A stretch of DNA of 60,263 nucleotides, counting the filler, from Catajapyx aquilonaris (Eukaryota): the NCBI GenBank assembly GCA_000934665.2. It is 4 parts of 4 records of this genome, joined end to end, with 100 filler letters (N's around TTAATTAATTAA, not from the genome) between each part and the next. Parts side by side here need not be neighbours in the genome. Positions count along the whole stretch, not along the records: positions 45,286 to 60,263 come from KZ539719.1; 3 more parts are not named here. One strand, given 5' to 3'. A program made the position numbers and the translations under genes. The first letter of the stretch is position 1. Every line of letters starts with the position of its first letter. Below the pieces are notes generated by a model. It saw only the letters and a list, made by a program, of their open reading frames with translations. It did no database searches and had not been told where the DNA came from. Below are positions 51,853-60,263 of the stretch, piece after piece.

Positions 51853-53308
51853 GAGGCATTCCACGTCAGGCGAACCACCTTTCCAAAACCCTTTCCTATT
51901 TCGACAAAAATTCATAGGTTTGTGGCACTAGTCACCATATGTAAGAATCCGAGTTTTTGTTTGTCTGTGGCAATTGGTTGCGAAACTACAGGGTGGCTAA
52001 CTTACCTCTTTTCGCTAATTTTACGCTGTCAGGGCTTTGAATGGAGGCTAGTAACTTACATTCATTCATTACATTAAACATTTTCAGGCTCTTCCGAGAA
52101 AGGAATCCGTTTCAGAATTTTTGTTGTCGTGTAAAGATATTCTAAAACACTTTTCCCGTGGATGAATGATGAGATGTGCATGTGTACTATATCGCCCAAA
52201 AAGATACAGACGATTGGCATTTGATTCAAGTGCAAGTTGCACTTGAGTCAAATGCAAAATCGTCTATTTTTTTGGGCGATATAGTACATCCATGAGTATT
52301 TTTGAAACTGCCAATTTAGCAAAGGTATAGCTGTTATTTAGCCACAATTGTTGCTAAATAACAGCTATACCTTTGCTAAATTGGCAGTGTCAAAAATACT
52401 CATGGATGTACAAATGCACATCTCATCATTCATCCACGTGAAGTGTTTTAGAATATCTCTACACGACAACAAAAATTCTGAAACGGATTCCTTTCTCGGA
52501 AGAGCCTGAAAATGTACAAAATGTTTGATAGTTGGCATATATCGCATTTCTGCGTTCCAAATTTTGCGGGAATCTCAAGAAAACGTTTCCGGTGCAATTT
52601 CAAGTGCCATTCAAAACGATTCGTACGAGTAGATTCATGACAAATGAGAAAATCATAATTTTTGGCCGCCATTTTGGATTCAAAATTTAGATTTTATTAA
52701 GATGAGAATAGCCATCTTATAGAGCGTGAAAATACCTTTCTAATACACACCTCAAGTTTAAGATTTAACCCGATCTTATGGGAGCTATGGTCCCTCCCAA
52801 GTAACAGCGCATGGGTCCAGAGCGCGCTACGGCTGAGTTTTCGCCCTCTGGTGGGTTGGATTCTGGCCGGCACCTCGTAAACTTTTCGGAAATGTGCAGA
52901 ACACATTTCAAGCTTCATTTTGAGTGCAATTCAAAAAATCGCAAAAATTGTGAACTTTTAGTAATATGAAAAATCAATATTTGGCCGCCATTTTAAATTC
53001 GAAATATTTGCTTCCGTCGATTTTTGATGCAATAGTATGGAAGACTGCCAAAAGAGCCTCCGAAATAACTAATCACCTTTGGATTCACTTTAGGCGTTCA
53101 TAAGTTACCAGCCTCCATTCAAAGCTCCGACAGCGTAAAATTAGTGAAAAACGGTAAGTTAGCCACCCTGTAGTTTCGCAACCAATTGCCACAGACAAAC
53201 AAAAACTCGGATTCTTACATATGGCGACTAGAACCACAAACCTACGAGTTTTGGTCGAAATCGGAAAAGGTTTGTCGGAAAGGTGGTCCACTTGCTGTGG
53301 AATGCCTC
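51853..53308. mobile_element. Non-autonomous DNA transposon, Sola-like (GAG...CTC ends, ATAT flanks, ~205-bp TIRs)
   Basis: GAGGCATTCCAC...GTGGAATGCCTC; superfamily inferred from termini only. Confidence 0.75.
52078..52516. repeat. Spacerless palindrome (~170-bp arms) with a nested 98-bp hairpin MITE at 52187-52284
   Basis: Centre at ~52347; the insert has TA TSD and CTATATCGCCC TIRs. Confidence 0.92.
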
Positions 53309-53315
53309 ATATATA

Positions 53316-53706
53316 CAGGGTGGACAAACTTCAAGTGTCGTTTTATAACGGCTATTAATAGAAGCGCTTTACAATTATCGTAGCAGCCACGTGTAAAATG
53401 GCCCACTTCGGCGCCATCAAAAATATTAGCTGCCAATAGCAGCACACATGTAACCACATGCGGCACCAATGCCAATCTGGTGACTTGGGCGTCACCCATT
53501 TCACTCAGACGCATCGCAGGTCATGTGTGCACCTCCTTTTTTCCAGGTCAACCCAGCAGCAGGGTTGATTACATGTGTGCTGCTATTGGCAGCTAATATT
53601 TTCGATGGCGCTGAAGTGGGACATTTTACACGTCGCTGCTACGTCATCGCAAAATCACTGCTGTTAATCGCCGTTATAAAACGACACTTGAAGTTGGTCC
53701 ACCCTA
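53316..53706. mobile_element. Tc1/mariner-type MITE, inverted sister of 31550-31943
   Basis: Same TIRs and internal sequence. Confidence 0.92.
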
Positions 53707-54297
53707 TATATATAATAGCATAACTCTTTGTGCGTGACGTGTCGCAAAACAGTCAACTGTTGTGGTAGTATGGTTACCATGATGGTAACAATGGTTACTA
53801 ATCTTTAGACGTGTGTGTGAGATGCACGACAAACCCTCATTTTTTGACTTAACGATGCATCAGGGCACCACGTGTATTGGCAAAAACATTCCTTTTTAAA
53901 AATGTGCACTTCTTTCACTTACACCATGTAAATCTACAGACTCTACCACAATACAACCTTTCAACTTCATATTTATAAAATAATTTTGAAAAGGTTGTTA
54001 GTGTGAAATATTGTAAAGCAGAGCATCATAAAATGGGGCCTTCCTGTAGCAAGAGGAGGAAAATATGCGTTAATAAATACTTCGGCTTTTATTAAATGCA
54101 TGCATTAATATATCCTGATTGGCCTTCATTGCTTGTTCAAAAGAATGAACCCAAACCAAGGACTGGCCATTATCAACTATCCAGTCACAAAATACTAGGT
54201 AAGCCATAAGTTAGCTTACACTGACAATATTTTAATTGTTTTCTGATGCTTCTGAAAATCAGAGCTGCCCTAAAGGATCTATCCTCATGCACTAGAA

Positions 54298-55310
54298 CAG
54301 CGGTTCCCAAACTGTGCTCAGCGGAGCACTTGGTGCATCTCCAAGTGCTCCGCGAAGAGATTGAAAAGAATAATAAATTTGTCTAGAAGTTAATGACTTA
54401 AGCCTTTCAATTCAAGAAAAAACACTAAATGTTTTTGACACCCGTGACAAGAATTTCAAGAAACAAGTTTTGAGCATAATCAATGACAAGTCAAAATCTA
54501 GACTAATTCCAAATGGTGAAAGAATTTACGAGAAGAATCAGATTCTGACATACCTGGAGATATCTTGATTGAGTTTCACGTTCATCTGCTAAGTTTAATT
54601 GAGAATTTCAGCTGTTATCTTCTGGAGGAACTCCACAAAAATATTTTAATAAACTTTTTGGGCTGTAAGTCCATACTCTGCTGCACGGTCTTAGAAGAAT
54701 CGGTCGGGACACTCGCCGCCATCTTGCGTGCCGTTATCCCCTCCCGCAGTGGAGCTAGTATAACTGCAATGGAACCCCGCTGTGGAACTCGCATCTCCAT
54801 AAGTTCAGCGCCTCTTACGGCACAACTATGCACTAACGCCTACAGCTCTATATGGCTCTATAGGCGTTAGTGCATCGTTGTGCCGTAAGAGGCGCTGAAC
54901 TTATGGAAATGCCAGTTCCACAGCGAGATTCCATTGGAGATATATTAGCGCCACTGTGGGATGAGATAACGGCACAGCTTTCTATTGGCCTGGGATAGAA
55001 GTGTCCCAGGGCTGCTCTGCTGTATCAGCCTTGACATCGCAGCAGTGTGAGTGCTTCATTGATATGACATCAGATTCTCATATTAAAGAGAATTTTACAA
55101 CTAACAACTCCCTATCAGAATTTTGGTGTGAGCTTAAGATGAATTTAAAGTTGTGTCAGAAAAAGCAAAAATCATTATTCTGCCTTTGACAACAACTTAC
55201 TTATGTGAATCAGGGTTCTCTACCTACGTGGGTAGTAAAACAAAATACAGATCCCACCTCAATGCAGAGCCAGATTATTCAGTTGCAGCTGTCCCAAACA
55301 GTTATTTGAA
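54298..55310 (+). mobile_element. hAT Buster/Charlie-like remnant
   Basis: CAGCGGTTCCCAAAC terminus; SLSEFWC...IILPLTTTYLCESGFSTYVGSKTKYRSHLNAEPD dimerization domain. Confidence 0.8.
54728..54975. repeat. Hairpin inverted repeat (~115-bp arms)
   Basis: GTGCCGTTATC...GATAACGGCAC; the inner part is nearly perfect. Confidence 0.9.
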
Positions 55311-55726
55311 TGTATCTAAGTCAAGCAAAAATGGATTCCGCCCGTACGTTTAGAATTGATATGGTTTTGGGATCTTTCGTATATGTCCGAATAAAATTTT
55401 TCTCTCCCTTTCCTAGCCAGTGCTGAGATATTCTACTTTTCAAAGCTGGCATTTTATGCCTTAAAAAATGGGCCCTGGTGGGTATAGGCTTAAAATAAAG
55501 TACCTATATATTGGACTCCTGCAGTGTCTTAGCATGGTTTTACTGTACTAAAAAACTGCCACCAGCTTGTACGAGTTCAAAGAAAATGGAAAGGCCAACA
55601 GTAACTTCTCAATTTCAATGTAACTGATACAAACTTGTTACAGAATCCAGTAGTTTCATGCAGTGGCTCAGAAAACTAACTCTGCAAGCCCTCTCACACC
55701 ATGCATCCAAGGAGCATGCTCTAAAT

Positions 55727-55963
55727 CAGTGGTTCCCAACCTTTCTCGAGTCGCAACCCCCTTTTATAAGAGTCAAAACCTGCCACCCCCTCCCCCAACA
55801 TTTGCATTAAAATGCATTTTTATAGGGTAAAGAAAACAAAATATATTCATAACTTCATAACATACTTATTCGCAGCTGAGTGTTTGTTAATGTAAAAATA
55901 ACCTCCCCCCCNNNNNNNNNNNNNNNNNNNCCCCCCCGAAAACCCACAGGATGGGAACCACTG
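55727..55963. mobile_element. hAT/Charlie-type MITE
   Basis: CAGTGGTTCCCA TIRs and perfect 8-bp TSD CTCTAAAT. Confidence 0.9.
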
Positions 55964-57486
55964 CTCTAAATCATGCATCCAACACATGCATCCAAGGGAT
56001 GACAAGGGATGTGGCCTAAATGACAGCATGCATACTGGAAGCATGGTTGGATATGTCTTACAGAGCTTATATTCAACACCAGCAGGCTACCGAGCATTAG
56101 CCAGAGAATAAAGACATTGCTTCTGCAAGGGCCCATTTACTTAATTTAGCTGCACCTGTTCCACCTAAAGAATTCACCTAACGACGGTTCAGACTTTTAA
56201 CATGTGATTCCGTAATCAAGTGCTTTGCATGCGTCCATTCTTCACGAAAGTTTTTTGAAGCAAAAGGTTACCCTGGTCATGGCATATGTTGGCCCGTTTC
56301 CCATAGCCATATCATACAGAAAGAGATGGGCACAAGCAGTTCTGGAAAGCAAACCTAATGGGCCAGAATGGAAAAATTGCAAAATGGCTATTTCCATCAG
56401 CTCCAGATCCATCAATAGGAAAATAATCTTGTGGGATGACCCCATGGAACTCTCCGCTTATGTGCTGATCCAGGGGCAACTCAGGGGCTGAGGGGCCCTC
56501 CAGAATGCTACTGCTTTGTTGCTGCATCAAATGCCATTATTTTTCAAGATCCCACTATTGAATCAGCTCAAACTTTACAGGCACATTAAGAGCTGTCAAT
56601 AGCTCTGTCCATTGGCTGTTGCAAACTGGTTCTGAGCAGCCTGGAGATGTCTTGTTTGGCTCTGGTGTAGCCCCACCTCTCTTGAATCCCACATTTGCAG
56701 TCTCAACTACCCCATTGAGAATTTTTAGAAGTATTTTTTTGCCCCTTAAAGTTAGATATCACTCTGAGAGTGATCAAAATGCAGAAGGATACAGTGAACA
56801 TTCACTTGCTCAGCTAGCATGGACACTTTCTGAATGTCTATAATTTTGCAGTTTCAGGTGCTGGATTATGCAATTTACTCAGAAATGAGTTTAGTAACAC
56901 AATTCTTAGATATATGAGGACAATCTGCACGTGGCAAGGTGTTCCGTAAGATATTATGAGTGTGTTAGGCACCTAATTATGTGACGGGTTTAAGCTCTGT
57001 AGCTGACAGAAGGCTTATTTTGGTTGGTTTTGAAGCTTGCAGGCACCTACATTACATTGGCATTCTGCCCTGGGGTATTCATTTGGCAACAATGGTGTTA
57101 AAAAGTCTGGAAATCAACCATTGCAGTTCAAGGACTGTCTCAAAACTAATAGCAGCAAAATCGGTCAGGGCCTGTAATACATCTGTTTCTATGAGTGTGT
57201 TTGATGGAACCTGATATTTTCACAATCAGTATCAATTTTGTGCTCATTCTGTTCTCCTGAAACTCCAGGTGACCTCACATGTCATTTGACATGGCCATGA
57301 CAGTATCCATCAAAAGTTTCCCCTACAGTACCTCCCTTGACATTTCTAGAATACTCCATATTGATTAACATAGAGAACAGAAAGATAAACATACAAAAAA
57401 CATACAAACTAGTTACAGATTCGTATTGCACTTTCACCCTCCCAGCTTTTTTCCTTTTACAAGATAGGCGAAAACCAGCCGCTAAC

Positions 57487-57716
57487 CTTTGCCTCTCTGC
57501 TTTATATGAAGCTGTGAGTTCATCAAAGAGCTTGCTGTTCATCTCCATGAAAGTTTTGAGCACGTTGTAAACAAGTGCCACAATGGTCTGGTTCCAGTGC
57601 TCCTTGCTAATCCGGTACAGTGCAGGGAACATTATAGGCATTATTACAGAGTTGTTCTCCTCTATCAGACTCATTATGTACTCATTATTCCAGAAGTACA
57701 ATGCTCGCTCAGCAAC
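57487..57716 (-). CDS. PPP2R5: PP2A B56 regulatory subunit exon (widerborst / B56 alpha-epsilon-like)
   Basis: [77 protein letters not shown]; canonical splice sites. Confidence 0.97.
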
Positions 57717-57840
57717 CTGACAAGTTGAGGAAAAAAAGTCACATCAATATAAATTTATCACAAAGTTCCTAAGCACATACAGTGTTAAAACAACTATTAT
57801 TTCAAGTCACCTCTCAAATGTCATTTCATATACTGTAAGC

Positions 57841-58313
57841 CAGGGCTATTCAACAGGAGGACCGCGTCGCAATTTTGTCTGGACCGTGACGATGTACAGG
57901 ACAGTATGAAATAGCATTAGAAATTACTAATTCATGATTTTTTGGAAAAAGTGCCACCAATTCATCATATCACCCCTTCAAATCTCCCACATTAACCTAA
58001 GCTCGTGTTACCTTGAACTCAAAAAAAAATTTTGCTCCCCGCCCTTTATGGCTGGGTTAACTTGTGCTCATGAAATGCTCCCCCTCAGAAATTTTTCCTG
58101 CCTACGCCTGTACAGGACATCATAAAGGGCGTAAATGTCTTCATATATCCCATCCTGATAGGTCCTTCAACCCTTGCTGCACATGTTTCTATTTTCAAAA
58201 ATGAACCCTGTGGTACCATATAAAATCCATATCTTTTACCCCCCCCCCGGGACCTTCAATGGCCCAGGAAAGGTAAATACTGGACCTTGTCATAAACTAG
58301 TTGAATAGCTCTG
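57841..58313. mobile_element. hAT-type MITE
   Basis: CAGGGCTATTCAAC...GTTGAATAGCTCTG with perfect 8-bp TSD CTGTAAGC. Confidence 0.9.
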
Positions 58314-59352
58314 CTGTAAGCCATTTAAAAACTTATTCTACTAGTAAGTATTGTAACTTAGCACAGCTAGCATAATAAAAATGTTTTGCTGCAATTGCAT
58401 TTAAAATGACATTTGATATTACTGCATTTCATAAGTAAGTACCATTCATCAATAAGTCATTAAATGATACAGTACACTGACATACGATTTTTACATATTT
58501 TCAAAACAAGTCTTCAACCCTTTGCCTCCCGCTCGATTTCGCACTGTTCGGGTGGGGGTTTAAAAAGAGCACCCTAGGTGAAAATCACTGGATCTGGCAC
58601 CATTAGTTTCGCTCTCGATTCATGCACAAGAGGGGGCTGAACATTGCGAGACATACCAACCTACGCTGCATATCAAGAGAGTGCAGCAACCGCCTCATAA
58701 ACTATGCACACATTGGCGTCATCCTATTGCGTCATATATGCAGTTTTTTCAAGGCGGCTTCTACCCATCTAAAAAATCCAAGATAATTCTTTATGGTTGC
58801 CCAGTCTCTCTGATGAATTATGAAAACATTAATGTCCATTAAATTTTTTTTAAAGGTCCGGTTTAAAAGGAAGTTATGAGATCCGCCAGGTGCAAAAAAA
58901 AGGCGGCTGTGGTGGCAAGCCGGCAACGCCGAGAGCTCCAAGCAGTCCGCCCGGCCAATTATGAGCGAGGATGCTTTTGACGACCAAAATGGCGCCGAGG
59001 GAGATTGCCTACCCTTCACAGAACGTTCAGATTTTTTCCCCGACGAAAAGTAAGTCGCAGAATTTCGGGCATTTTTAAATGGTTTTCAGCTGCACATCCG
59101 CATACCGGGAAATATGTGGCAGGGAGCTGCGTGTATTTACATTTGCGCAGTAAGTGTTTCTGTCGGGTTGTTTTAAATGAATTAAACCTTTGGCCTATGA
59201 CGTCGTGCCATTAAATATATCACGCGAGTGGCGTAAATACTCATGAACATAGAAACTATGAATATTTCTTAAGGCTATGGTGAAATCAATTTCCGTCGGG
59301 GTTATACCAGTGAATTTAAAAAATATTATTTTGTTTGGTTGTATTATTTATA

Positions 59353-60057
59353 CAGTGACACCTGCCCATTACGGACCCTGGATATAGCAGAAACCTATCC
59401 ATTACGGAATTTCTTCCAGGAACGGGCATATGTATAGGGCATGCGATGTATTTTTATACGGATATAACGGAACCTGCCCAACGCGAAAACAGAGGCGATT
59501 TTTGGCTCCCTTCAGGGAAAATCCCTGTTCATAACAGAAATCAAAAGGTTTCCATTTTCTCCTGCAAGTCACAAAAATTGAAACTACAGCTGAGTTCCCT
59601 ATCGGCCCTCCTTGGAGGCCTCTGAGTTACCCCTTTTTGGACCGTCTGTGTGTCTCATACTTGCTAGCATTTCTACCGGCCTGTGGCCTTGAAGATAAAG
59701 GGTAGGGAAACTCGAAAAACAGCTTGCGGGATGAGCCAAGAAGATGTGACTCGTGTGATTCGTAGCTGTTCCTTTTAGTTCACGGTTCAGTCCAGTTTTA
59801 AAATGTCGGGGAAGAGGAAGGGGTTGACACGGGTTCAACATATTGCCCGACTCCGGGCTGATGGTCTAATGGAGCAGGCAAAATTATGATTTTGTACCAT
59901 ATTGTGGTAAGGTGCTTATTTTTGCTCTCCCCATTTTCCTCTCTTTCTCGCCGGCAAAAAAAATCAGTAATGTCCTTGATCTTAATACAGCGGAACCCTG
60001 TCCATAACGGAAAATTTTTGGGGTCCCGTTCGATTCCGCTATACACAGGTTTCACTG
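59353..60057. mobile_element. Tigger/pogo-type MITE
   Basis: TA|CAGTGACACCTG...CAGGTTTCACTG|TA with repeated ATAACGGA motifs. Confidence 0.8.
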
Positions 60058-60263
60058 TACAACCAAATCTGGCACGGGAGACAAAGGGCTAAGAGAGTTG
60101 GGATAATGCCCATAACTTCCAGAGTTCCAATAAATTGTACTGCAAAGCAGCTGGCCATGCCTTCATATACTTGCTCTGATCTGAAAATATTGGGACACCC
60201 CCAAAAAATGGAGTGGTGGGGTTATACACAGGATGTGATAAAAAGTTTCCATTAAGATTATCT

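Noticed and set aside
1..60263. Functional cluster of ZMYND11-like, IR, eIF2-beta and PP2A-B56 genes
   Set aside because: The genes lie on separate contigs joined by artificial linkers

Overview
Repeat-rich eukaryotic DNA, most likely arthropod. The window is not one locus. It is four ~15-kb contigs (1-14999, 15100-30089, 30190-45185, 45286-60263) joined by identical 100-nt N44-TTAATTAATTAA-N44 linkers. Contig 1 holds exons of a divergent ZMYND11/ZMYND8-like bromodomain-zinc finger-PWWP gene with two apparent homopolymer frameshifts. Contig 2 holds two intronless divergent ionotropic receptor (IR) paralogs, one frameshifted, separated by a BEL/Pao LTR retrotransposon with intact ends but no recognisable pol. 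Contig 3 holds three exons of eIF2-beta. Contig 4 holds the last coding exons and a long 3' UTR of a PP2A B56 subunit. Most remaining sequence is nested MITEs (Tc1/mariner, pogo, hAT, Kolobok-like, Sola-like) and tRNA-derived SINEs. The most striking patterns are (i) many long foldback hairpins, several built from transposase coding fragments and several inside housekeeping-gene introns, (ii) different SINE families sharing a covarying 3' stem-loop, and (iii) mosaic identity between the IR paralogs. No clearly novel protein-coding system could be established from sequence alone.
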